Shown here: positions 50,016-62,121 of the stretch, in pieces | Layout: every line of letters begins with the position of its first letter | How positions within the stretch are numbered: position 1 is the first letter of the stretch | Assembly (NCBI RefSeq): GCF_964355755.1 | Contig: NC_092673.1 | Coordinates: 62,001-126,000, forward strand | DNA: 64,000 nt | DNA from: Antedon mediterranea | Lineage: Eukaryota; Animalia; Echinodermata | Reading direction: 5' to 3' | Position numbers and translations under genes: made by a program | Notes under the pieces: generated by a model | Databases searched by the model: none | Told to the model about the DNA's origin: nothing | Seen by the model: only the letters and a program-made list of their open reading frames with translations

Positions 50016-53000
50016 TTCACTCAAGGCAGTCACTTTGCGTGATAATTTCAAGCTGCAAAAAAAAAAAATCAATGTGTTTATTAATAAACTGCAGCAAGAG
50101 CAGTAACAACTGCAGCAAGATTTATTTTATTTATTCAACTTCTCACTAAGGCCAAATAAAAAAATATACTTGTTAAGCGTCACACCCTCATAAATTTTCA
50201 GGGGCGGGGGGACGGTTTTTTTTTATTTTTTTTACTTTTTATAGAGGTATATTTTTGCGCGGTGGACGTTTTTCCCCACTTTTTTAGGACGAAACGTCAA
50301 ACTTTTAAAATGCGAAACAGAACAAAATTGACTATGTATGAAATATTATTGCTTATGACAAAATTGAGTTTTGTATTGTTTATATCCAGACGTAATTAAA
50401 ACATTAAATTTAATTGCCACCAAGCGAAATTGTAGGCCTTAGGCTAACTAATCCGTCCAAGGTGCTACCCCAACCTCACTCATCGGCCATCCGCCGTCTC
50501 TCGCTCGACTCATCTATCCAGGAAATTCCCTATCGCGAGAAGCATGATTTGGTCTCAATAATACTAAATGGTGGGCTGATTTATAGTTTGAAAACAGCTT
50601 ACGGCATTTCTTAAGTGAATTTTTATTCAACGTATTCATTCTTCTTTGATGAATCCTTTGCCAATTGCTGTGTAAATCAGTATTTAAAGTTGTGATGCAA
50701 AAAGTGTAAACCAGGCATAAGGAAACCCATCGCCCAACAGGACCTCGTGGTGTGCCGATCTCGAGCGCGAGATCATCGTAAACAAAATTGGTAGAGTCCA
50801 TTATGTATGGGGTGTTTCCTATTTACGAACCTATAAAAAAACGCGCTTCGACCACTGTGTAGGCAAAATATTTATTTCGTTAAATCCCTAAATTGATAAT
50901 CGCGTATTCTGTAATCACGTGACTGATGATGTAATCCTCAGCGACGTACTAAATGCACATGATTTAATGTGTTGGGGAAAAAGCTTGCTGTTTACCACAT
51001 TACATGATTCACGGTGCTATTCGCGTTTCCTTTACGTAAATCGGCGGCGTGTAAATGAAACAATTGTTTTCACCAATTTGCCGTTGTCGACATAGAGCGA
51101 TCGGCGGCTAGCGTTGTCTAAGCTAAAAAGTATGTATTTTTTCAAAAATTACACTAGCCTAACAAACATTTGCTAGTTTTGAAATTTTCAAATAGCAATT
51201 ATGAAGAATCTACTAGCAAAATGCTAGTTTGCTAGCGTGAATTTCGAGCCCTACTCTGGAGCTGGGTCGGGCCGCTGAACTTTCCGTTGTATATCGGTAA
51301 AAAAAAATAAAAATAAAAAGAGAGGCGGCTGGATAATCAGGAGCGGGCGGTGACGCTTAACAAGTATGTTTTTTTATTTGGCCTAACACTGTTAGTGAAG
51401 GATCGGGACCAACAGGTGGTAAACACCTCTAAAACGGTCCAGTCCCAATTGCACAGTTTCTGTGTGTGACAGTGGCTGTGTTTGTGTGGACTAGTACACC
51501 GGGGTAGCCCCCCTACTCGTCTCGAAAGATGTACTAGGTTCTTTAAAGTGCACATGAGCTATGTGTGCACATGAGCTATGTGTACACTGGACCTACGGTT
51601 TATAGTCCTTATCCGAGAAGACTCGTTCTACCACCAGAACCATGGAGCGAGTGAGCCTCGAACCCTTGCCGATGTTATGGCTACGTAATTACGGTTCCAC
51701 TGTCTTAACCACTTGGCCACTCACTCATTAACAACTGCAGCAAGAGCAATAACAACTTCAGCAAGAACAGGGGAGAGTATGTAATTTAAAGGAACATGGT
51801 TGGATCTTTAATTTGTGTATGGGTCATTATTTGGAGAGAAGGGTCATTATTTGGAGAGAAGGGTCATTAATTGGAGGAGGATGTATAATAGAAAAAGAAT
51901 CCATCATATGTGCCAAGCTGCAGGGTGGATTACTCACCGACTTAAATCTTCTCCATCACTCTCTGAATCTGAATACAAATGACAGACTGGAATAGCTTTC
52001 TTCTTTACAGACTGTTTAGTGGATTTCTTCCTACGTGATGACCTCTTTACTACTAGGACTGGGTCTTTATTTTCATCATCACTATCAATAGAAATTGCAT
52101 ATCAAAATTAGTATAATTTCATCACAATAATAATTTATTGGATGATGAATATGATAAAATATAGAACGTGCCAATGTGCAAGTATTTTGTTCTACCCAAT
52201 AAAAATGAGTTAATAAACACTTAAATTACATTGTACAGCAGTAGAGGGTGTTGCACATGCACTCGCCACTTTTCATCTCCAAAGACACATTGCTTTAGCA
52301 TGTTTCAACAACGTGTTATTCAATTACTTAATCATTATACTCACACTTCCATGGTCTTAGAAGAAATGCTATCTTCAGGACAAATTGTTTCATTCAAAGA
52401 TGTTAAATTGTCATCAACCAAGGGAACATCCATAACATCTTGGCTGCTCATCTGCTGATCAAATTTATCTGAGCTCTTCTCAACATTTGTGTGATCTACA
52501 TCAATTTGTTCCTCATCTTTTTCAACTGTTGCCATGTTTTCATCATTAATCATTTCATTGATACTGGCCTTTAGCTTCTCCAAGGTTTTCTTGCTCACTC
52601 TATCCTCAATTACCTACAGATATTGAAATTATTATTGGAAACAATAATTAGTGGATTGATAGAGAAAAGGCACGATCTACAAAACTAGAAAATACAGTAA
52701 AAAATTACCAGAAAAAAGTGTACAACAAATAAAATACTAATAGGTCTAAACATTAAGTCACTTTCAAAACAATGAACTGAAATTGTAATTAACTTTTTAG
52801 GCAGGTTCAAAGTTGCCTAGTTGTTGAAGAATGTTAAAGGCCAGGTGCGGGCAAAAAATTTCTATTGATCATACATTCCAATAATTATCGATCTATAGTT
52901 TCCCTTATGTTTCATAATGTTTGTGATTTTATTTGTGTTACAGGAGCTTTTTGAAAATTAGCACTTTCATATCAGTGGGGGGGGGGGGGGATAGTTCAAA

Positions 53001-56000
53001 TTACACAGTAAAATCTCTATTCTTTTGTACACAAATTTTGAAAATGGAGAGGTATTTTAAAAAGCTATGAAAAATAAACGGTGTGGTAAAAAATGTTATC
53101 AGATGACTAAATATAGGTAATATAACTTGAATTTTACATTTCTGGTATTTTTATTCAACTTCAGAATTTTATTTTCATGCTATAGCAAAAATTATCCACC
53201 GTATATCCACCATCTTTTTTTACCTTCTAGGGAGTCACCAGACATGTTATTACATTATGTTAACTACCTAACTACTGAAAAAAAGTCTTCCTGGTTTTTT
53301 TGGCAGAATTTTGCCAAATTTTGTATTTGACCATATTAGGGGAAATTCATGGTTTTTCATCTTGATTTCTGTTACAAATATTTGATTTATGTACAATTAA
53401 CCAAATATTATATTTAAAATTCATGCCTGTACCTGAGCTTTAAAGTAAAGAGACAAACCTCTAATATCTGTTGAAGTAGAGTGTACATATCCTTAAGTGT
53501 CGCCTGGTTAGTATTGGTGATATGCAACTTGTTCAGAGATCGAATTAGTACACGGCAGCCAGGGGAGTCTGGGTTGCTCAAGATATGGTTACAAATCTTT
53601 AGGCCTAAGCTATCATGGATGCTGCTTTCCTGTTTAAGCAATATTACAATGAATCATGATACAATATTAACAAATAATATGGATGTATCGGGTGACAGTA
53701 GGATCATCCAATAATCTTGAACTCAGTGTAAAGCTAATTTATGGCATTCATCATCTTCACCCAAAATGTCTAGGCATGGTACCCACATTATTGTAGGTAT
53801 AATGTTACAGCCAGCACAGGGCTTTCCTTTTATTACCAAAAGTGTTTGTCCAGCCTTACCTGTAGGTTTTCATGATCCAAGTTTGGCAAATTACGATGAT
53901 CAGTTAATTGAATGAGCAGATCAGCAACATTTGAATCGTTTATTTTGGCCAATGGAGATGTGATTGGAGCATTGAACAATGTTTCAAGAGTAGGTAGAAA
54001 TGCATCTTCTAAACACTCTTGGTTGCGTCTGAAAGTAATAAAATTATCAACAGTTACTTGAATTACAATGATTTGTAGTTTTTACAATACATGTCTTGTC
54101 ATAACTTTGAATAATTTAAACAAAAACATTAACTGTACCTCGTGACAAATGCAAACATTGGCAGGAAAGTACCAAGACAATGGCGTAGATGATGGTCTTC
54201 TTCAGTCGTTGGGTTGTACCAGAGCAAGAGAAGCCTGGAAATCAGCTTAGAACTGATCACCCGTCCTGACAACATCAGTTTACAGAAACCCTCAGCGGCA
54301 ACAGTACGCAGTTCAGAATGCTGAAAATTAACATGTATGAATGGTAACGGTTGGTGTCATTAAATAAGTTATGTTTTGCATCAAGATTTAGCTGGCAGAA
54401 GACGGGAATGAGAACTTTATGTAATTTAAATGAAACAAACATAATTAATTTCCATTTAGGATACAGCAATGTACTTTACTTAAAGCTCTGTCTACACTAT
54501 CAAACTTTATGTAATTTAAATGAAACAAACATTTAATTTCCATTTAGGCTACAGCAATGTACTTTACTTAAAGCTCTGTCTACACTATCAAACTTTATGT
54601 AATTTAAATGAAACAAACATAATTAATTACAGCAATCTACTTTACTTAAAGCTCTGTCTACACTATCAAACTTTATGTGCCAACAAATGTGATGTCAAAC
54701 TAGTTTGATAGTGTAGACAGAGCTTTAAAGTAATTATTAGACTACTGGATCTATATTAACATACCTCATTTTCTAATATCCTGATTAGTATACTCATTAG
54801 ACTACTGGATCTATATTAACATACCTCATTTTCTAATATCCTGATTAGTATACTCATTAGACTACTGGATCTATATTAACATACCTCATTTTCTAATATC
54901 CTGATTAGTATACTCATTAGACTACTGGATCTATATTAACATCCCTCATTTTCTAATATCCTGATTAGTATACTCATTAGACTACTGGATCTATATTAAC
55001 ATACCTCATTTTCTAATATCCTGATTAGTATACTCATTAGACTACTGGATCTATATTAACATACCTCATTTTCTAATATCCTGATTAGTATACTCATTAG
55101 ACTACTGGATCTATATTAACATACCTCATTTTCTAATATCCTGATTAGTATACTCATTAGACTACTGGATCTATATTAACATACCTCATTTTCTAATATC
55201 CTGATTAGTATACTCATTAGACTACTGGATCTATATTAACATACCTCATTTTCTAATATCCTGATTAGTATACTCATTAGACTACTGGATCTATATTAAC
55301 ATACCTCATTTTCTAATATCCTGATTAGTATACTCATTAGACTACTGGCTGTTTTGCTGTTATATTTATTTTCAACTTCTCTCTCCTGTTCTTCTTCATC
55401 AGATTCAGGTGAGCTTTCCAATTGACTTTCTGTTGATATTTTGAATGTTTCAAAACCGTAGGTCAAAAGCAGATCAAAGATCACTTTGAGAGCAGTGACC
55501 TTAACCTCATCTTGGTCAACTTGATAAACCTAAACGACATGTACAAAATGTATGAAGTAGAAAATACCAATGAGACTTAAGCTTTGTCTACACTATCAAA
55601 CTCTAGGTGACAACAAAATGTGATGTTCCTATATGATGTCATATCACTACCATATTTGGGCACATCACACTTTTTTTGTCAAACTAGTTTGATAGTGTAG
55701 ACAGAGCTTTAAACTATCATCAAAACGTTACCTTTACATACAAAATGAAATGATACTAGAAATATTTTTAAATCAAGGTGTACCTGTAAAAAGAGTAGCA
55801 AATGTTGTCTTGCAAAGTCTCGATTCATCTGACATGCTAAGCCTAGACATCGAACAGCAACATCTCTTACACTCTCATGTTCATGTGGAATTCCTGGCAG
55901 AATCTAGATTCAGAAAGAGTAAGATTTAATATTAATTTTTGAATAAAATTGCAAAATGATAAAGTATCATAAAGCAAGAGACTCTTACCAATGTATCAAT

Positions 56001-59000
56001 CAGAGTTCTAAGAGTTGGGTTGAAAGTTCTCATTTGTAAATGTTGAAGCATCTCACTGGAAACAGTTAAGCATTTTACAAGGGTGTGAGGATCATTCTGT
56101 AAATCAAAATAAATAAAAGTATTTTGGAAATATTGCCCCTTTTTGCTTTAATTATATAAATGTATATAAAAACATAGAAAAACAGACAGAGTGTTAATGA
56201 GCTGTTAAATTAAATGTGAAATAGGTGTCACAAAATGAATACCTTTTCTGTTTGAATCTCTTCTGATTGCTGACCTTCCGTGGTTAGTGTATCCTTAGTG
56301 TTCTCAAGTTCAGTTACCTTCTGTTTGAGTTCAGCTGCTCTGCTAAAATTCTGAGCTCCAACACACGTCTCCAGTTCATCACGTGCTTCATTCAACAGCA
56401 TACGAACACTGGCAAACTATAATAATAATAATAACAACTTTATTTAAAAACGGATGCAACACTTGAATCACCATATTGGTGTTTTTCACAAGGCCGTTAC
56501 TTACTACAAAACTATTTATACTATTACACAAGTTATAATTTACAGTACAAAAAAAAAAAAAAATTTCATGAAAAATATAGAGTTTCAAGTATATTTTATC
56601 TTTGGTCATTTATTATTTTTTTAAATATATGTACCTATTAGGAGCTGTAATTGCATTTGAGTTTATAGCATTTAAACTATTCCATAGCTTTGCGCCAGAA
56701 TACGAGAAACTTTTCTTTTTATCTTTTGATCTAGTATTATATGTTTGTTTGCGTTCATAGAATCTGTTTCTTAAGTAGGATGGTGTCAAGTTATTCATTA
56801 TTTTTTTATTTTTTGTGACTGCTTCGTTGTAATATTGTTTTTCTTCTAAATTAGGCCAATTTAAATCTTTGAGTGCCTGTGAGCTAGAGTCATACCTAGA
56901 TGTATGTTTAATTATTTTAGCCGCTCTATTTTGGAGTACTTGGAGTTTATATTTGAGGGTTTGGTTACAACGACCCCATACTACATTGCAGTAGTCAAAA
57001 TGTTGGGCTATGATAAATTTGTACATTAATGATTGAATATTTTGAAGGAAAATATTGCTGCATTTTTTTAGATAGTACAGACCTGATATTACTTTATTTT
57101 TCATCTGATCTATTTGTTTATGCCATTTTAAATTTTCATCGATAATGACACCTAAATGTTTACAGTTATTTACTTTTTCAAGTTTTGTACCGTCTATATT
57201 AATATTAATATCCATGTTAATCAATTTATTTAATTTTTGATGTGTTCCTATAATCATATACTGTTAAATACAATTTAAAATTTAAAAACGATGAGAACCT
57301 AATCCCTGTAGACTGTAGAATTCTAGTACAAAGACACAAGGTACAGTGTCACTCTGAATTATTATTGCTTACTTTCAGTTCTTTCTGACGCTGTTGATCT
57401 TTATCTGGTGTTTTGTGAATAATCATGGTTATTGGTTCTCTGATTTCAGAGATGATTTCTGCAATTTTCTGAATGAGTTCTTCTTGTTTTCCTACCAACT
57501 TTACCATTAGCTTCATCAGTAAAGGACTAAGGGATCCTGGTACATTTGAGGCAATCAACAAGTCATGAACAGTACACTTTAAGGCTTTCCTATAAAAAAA
57601 CAAATTAAGGATTGTAAAGAATACATCACCAATACTAAAGGCATATAAATCTTATAGGAGCAACAATTTTAAAAACTGTTTTTAAATGTATCAAAAGAAT
57701 GGTTCCTTATTATGACATGGACATAACTTTCACAATTGTAAACATGATGAGCACTATTATGTGCACAATAAATCTCAATATAATCACTCACCGGCCAACT
57801 TCATCTGATAAATCCAAGATATCAGCCAACATCAACAACTGTTGACCTATGAATTCTGATTTTAGGGTCTCTTCCACTTTAGTTACATCTAATGAAGGAA
57901 CCTTCAGCTTCTTTAAATAACTGTAGAAAAAATGTCACAATATTAACACCTGATTGACTGTTATTTAGATAGGATCTACATGTACACAAGATGATTTGTA
58001 GTGTATGTGCTGATCAACCATGCACATTCATATCACACAAGCACTATTTAAGCAACCATTGGATATGTCACCGGTGCTTGACAAATCAACAGACTTACTT
58101 GTAGATGTACTTAGCAAAGACTGACACAGTTGGCAGCAACTTGTCCAACAAACTGGCTTCTTGGCTACTGAGTGAATTTAAATGTTCACATAGACATCGC
58201 CAGTAAAGGCTGTTTTCACATGTTAATGTTTCTTCATCAATAGTTAGACTAAAATTGAAACAATATCATGCAGAATAAGGGATTATTGTAATGTAATGTT
58301 TAACAAAATACTTAATAATAATAATAAAATTAATTACTTCTGATGTATCTATGAAACCAATTTGAAGAATAATCAATCTAAAAACCAAATAGTTTAAATT
58401 CTCAGAGCTGGAAGGTGAAATCAAATTATCACATTTTCACTAATACCTTTCGTTCAGTAGGTCAAAGTTTTCCACTAGTTCCTCAGATGGTATTTTTGTC
58501 AAGTATTTTTTCATTGCTATTTCCGCTGTCTCACAAGAATTCTCAACATCCAGACACTTCATGAGCTCCAACACATTACCTTCAAATGTTCGCAACCAAG
58601 CTGTGAGAACTTTAGAGGCACATGTCTCACGAACAATTTCTATAAAACAATCAAATTTTAAGTAAACAAACGCCTAATTATTGTTTAAAAAAGATTATGG
58701 ATTTAAGGGTTTTGCAAGCATACTGTAATATAACATCAAATTCAGCTGTTTGTATAGAATCTAAAACTATTATCATTCTATTTTTTCTTTTTTATACTTA
58801 TTCAAATAAAAAAAAAAATTATTTCTTAGATTAAGCTTCTATTTTTTTTTTTTGCTATGGATATATTATTTCATCATGGTATTCCTAAAATAAAAAGATG
58901 AAAAAAAAAAATACCTGAACGATCAGACAATCCAGTTTTTAGTATCTTTACCCTTTGAGCAATGGTTAGTGCTTTTATGTGAACCTTCTCAGCAAGGACC

Positions 59001-61002
59001 TTAGAAAGATACAATGAAAAATTAATCCAATGTAAACCTTGGCGATATGATGTTTCAGAAATGGTACAAAGTTTTGCATAGTATTTTTACTATCATCAAT
59101 AATATATTGACAGACGGGATAATTACCTGATAAGCCACCTTGCGAACAATGTCCTTTGTATCAAGAATTCGCTGAAGAATCGTTGGTAATGTTCGAGTTG
59201 ATGGAGCTATGCACGATAACACGGCCCTTCTTACTTCATGCACTGCATCATGTTCCAAACAAAATAAGTATCCTAAAGAGAGTCATGCATAAAATGTTTT
59301 TTTTTTTTTTTTATTCAATTTTTTTCACACTTCAAAAATAATACAAGTAATGTGAAACATTAAGGTAATCAGACTAATTTAAACAAAATATATAGAGAAA
59401 CTTGTACAACAAAGAAGTGTGAAAGGAGGTCAAATAAGTATGGTACTTTAAGCTTGACCCCCTAACAAGACTGCAGTTACGGTACATGACAAAAACAGCA
59501 CATGAAATATTGATATTTGCTGTACAAAATGCCTAGTAAAAATTAGAGAATAACAAATATCAGTAATAGTTGTGATTAAAATATAATATATAAAAAATAG
59601 AATAACAATAAATTAACATAATTAAATGAATGTTTAATGAATAATTAAATGAATGTTGAAAATGTCATTTAAGAATGCTGTATTTAAATAATAAATATTG
59701 TTAATTTAAAAACATTTCCAACCATGCAACAATAGAAATATCGGAAAAAATCTTTTTTTTAAATCAAAATATAAATTCTTGTCCACATTACCAATCAGAA
59801 TACTACCTGAATTTTTATGGTTATTGAACAAAAATATTCCTGCATTTTTTATGGCATTGTAAGAGCACTATTTTAAAATATATAAAAATAATATACTTTT
59901 TACCATTGATAACTGGGCAATCAGCATCTGACGGATCTTGAAGACGTGCAAGGGCAGTAACTGCCTGAATCCTTACAGCTGGAAACTTGTCTTTTAACCG
60001 TTGAAGCATGCAGTGGTATATATTGTCAAACAGATCTTCATCAATCTGTGCATCTTCTTTCATTGCAACAAGTAGTTTGTTGATAAGTTGACATACACGG
60101 AAACGTACAGCTCGATCTCTGACATTGTGGTGCTACACAAAATGGGAAAGATACTTAATAGAACACTCTGGGTGACCAATGAGAAAATAAACCAAAAGAG
60201 AGCAATGTGTCATTAATACCTTTAACAGAAATTTGAAAAGATAAATACAAAGGTTGTCGCCTTCGCTTTCCTCTTGAGATTCTTCACTACTCTCCTCAAC
60301 TGGTGTTTGTTCTTCACAATATGAAACAGCAAACTTTGCTACAAAATCTAGAGTTCTCTCAACAACAGGTTCTTTCTTGAACACGATCAAAGAATACTTC
60401 AGGTAGTTTATGAATTCCTCAGTGAAAGCTTCTTTTTCAGTTGTCTATACAGTAGGCAACATTTTAGAATTAGAATTCAGCAGTATTCTTATGAACAGTC
60501 AGTTTTTAAATTAAAAATGTCAGAAGAAAACAGAATTCACACTAACAAAAAATATCAATTCTAAAATGGTTAACAATTTGGTAAAATTTTGCTATAAAAA
60601 CTTTGTTCAGTAGTTGGTAGTTTAACACTCTGGTGACTCTCCAGAAAATGAAAATACAAAAAACAGAAATATGATTTTGAATAAAAACACCAAAAATGTA
60701 ATACAGTTTTCTGCCACCCACTTACTTTTCATAGCTTTTATTTGCCTACATACAATATGTGTGTAAAAAAGAATGTTACTGTGTAATTTGAACTAGGGCT
60801 TGATTGATTGATTGATATTAGGATGTATGATCAAATAATACAGAGATTATTTTACTTTTATCAAATAAAAAAAATATATACTGTCACTTACATTCTGATA
60901 ATTTAATTTCAGAGCCTTTATAAGCTTATTGTGTGACTGACTACCTTTTTGACACTCTTCAAAAATGTCCTTCAAGGATTTAATGCTGGGGTGCCCAGGC
61001 AT
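49992..61002 (-). CDS. NCAPG: Condensin complex subunit 3 (CAP-G), ~19 coding exons
   Basis: MPGHPSIKSLKDIFEECQK; FKKEPVVERTLDFVAKF; AVRFRVCQLINKL; RLKDKFPAVRIQAVTALARLQDP; EVRRAVLSCIAPS; HSELRTVAAEGFCKL; LLWYNP...LRHCLG; last exon 50052-49992. Confidence 0.95.
50121..51728 (-). mobile_element. tRNA-headed Deu/Nin-core SINE in the last NCAPG intron, interrupted by a Harbinger MITE
   Basis: Head tggccaagtggttaag..ggttcgagg; core ggataaggactataaaccgtaggtcc..taaagaacc..gagtagggg; (AAAT)n tail; 17-bp TSD taacaactgcagcaaga. Confidence 0.85.
50150..51383. mobile_element. PIF/Harbinger-type MITE
   Basis: TIR ggccaaataaaaaaa..atacttgttaagcgtcac; TAA TSD. Confidence 0.85.
52838..53439. mobile_element. 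Kolobok-type MITE
   Basis: TTAA flanks; imperfect TIR aggccaggtgcgggca / tgcctgtacctgagct; related fragment ~60580-60800. Confidence 0.65.
54412..54728. mobile_element. Short MITE (54647-54728) with its left end tandemly triplicated; sister copy at 55578-55711
   Basis: TIR agctctgtctacactatcaaact / agtttgatagtgtagacagagct, TAA/TTA flanks. Confidence 0.8.
54736..55348 (-). repeat. 60-bp minisatellite x10 spanning an NCAPG exon end and splice donor
   Basis: Minus-strand unit CCAGTAGTCTAATGAGTATACTAATCAGGATATTAGAAAATGAG|GTATGTTAATATAGAT. Confidence 0.97.
56419..57260 (-). mobile_element. 5'-truncated L2/CR1-group LINE inserted at an NCAPG intron/exon boundary, sense orientation
   Basis: ORF 56613-57257: KHLGVIIDENLKW, HFDYCNVVWG, LQVLQNRAAKII, YNTR, FSYSGAKLWNSL; AATAAA + (TTA)n tail. 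Confidence 0.9.
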
Positions 61003-61169
61003 TATCAATTCAATTGACAATCTAATTCTGAAAATAAAAATACTGTGATTTACTTTAATATCATACATATTAATTATTATATAGAAGTCTGGAGGGGTTA
61101 TGATGGTTACTTGTCAATTGAAGAGACTAAGAGTCAAATTAAGAGTGTTATCATTTGCCTCATTCCCTA

Positions 61170-61450
61170 AGATTTTGATAGTGATTTACTTTTTCAAAAG
61201 TCTGAATATACCGCCACTAGGGGTCATAAACATAAATTGAAAAAGAATAATGCTCGATTAAATTGCCGTAGTCATTTTTTTACCCAACGAGTTGTAAATT
61301 CATGGAATGCTCTCCCTGCCAGTACAGTAGAAGTTGACACAACCATACTATTTAAAAGAAAATTTCAGAAGACGAGGGGGGCTAATAGAGGGCCACGACC
61401 GGCCCACCAGCCTCTTGCACCACTCATTTAGAGTGGTGTACGGTGAGAAT
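61170..61450 (+). mobile_element. CR1 LINE 3' fragment in the NCAPG 5' intron
   Basis: TRGHKHKLKK...RSHFFTQRVVNSWNALP. Confidence 0.8.
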
Positions 61451-61699
61451 ACTGTATGTGTAGTATAGTAGGCATACCTGTCTGTCTGTAAACTAGTTAA
61501 TTTAGCTACTACAATTATTAGCCTAGCTAGCCTAGCCTAGCCTACTAGCTAGGCCTAGTAGGCTAGTAGTAGTAGTACAAATTGTCATCTTTCTAGCTAG
61601 GCCTGGGGCCTATTAATTATATTATTAACATTCAAAAAGGCATCATGCTGGATTGCCTAAATCCTATAAATAACAGAAACTGCCTAGTCTAGGCCTAGT

Positions 61700-62121
61700 C
61701 GTGATTATATACTCAAGTTAATGTTATCTAATAAATAATCTAACTCTTTAAAACTGATTATTTTTCCCGCTTCCAAGGTTCTCCGTGAAAAATGAAATAA
61801 TTTGAATATTCAATTGACTTATACGCATGCGTTGACGAGATATTTTCTTTGTAGTAGTAAAAGGTAATCTAGTTGCGGTTCGACAAGGCACACTTAATCA
61901 AGTGTGTTTCTCCTTTTCGGGAAGGGCTTTGCTTTTGTGTGTGGTCATATGGTGTGGTGGGGGTTGTCACACAAATCATCGTTAGAAAACAAAAATTAAC
62001 CATTTTTATTCAACGGATTGCCTTAAAATAAGATCGGAAACTGCAATAGACTTTGTCAAATCTTATTAACAACTATCTATAAAGTTTGATGGTAACAGAA
62101 TAAAAGTATACGGTTAAAATA
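61700..62121. promoter_or_regulatory. Divergent promoter region between NCAPG and neuralized, with E2F-like and CHR-like motifs
   Basis: Head-to-head genes; TTTCCCGC at 61763-61770, TTTGAA at 61801-61806. Confidence 0.5.
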
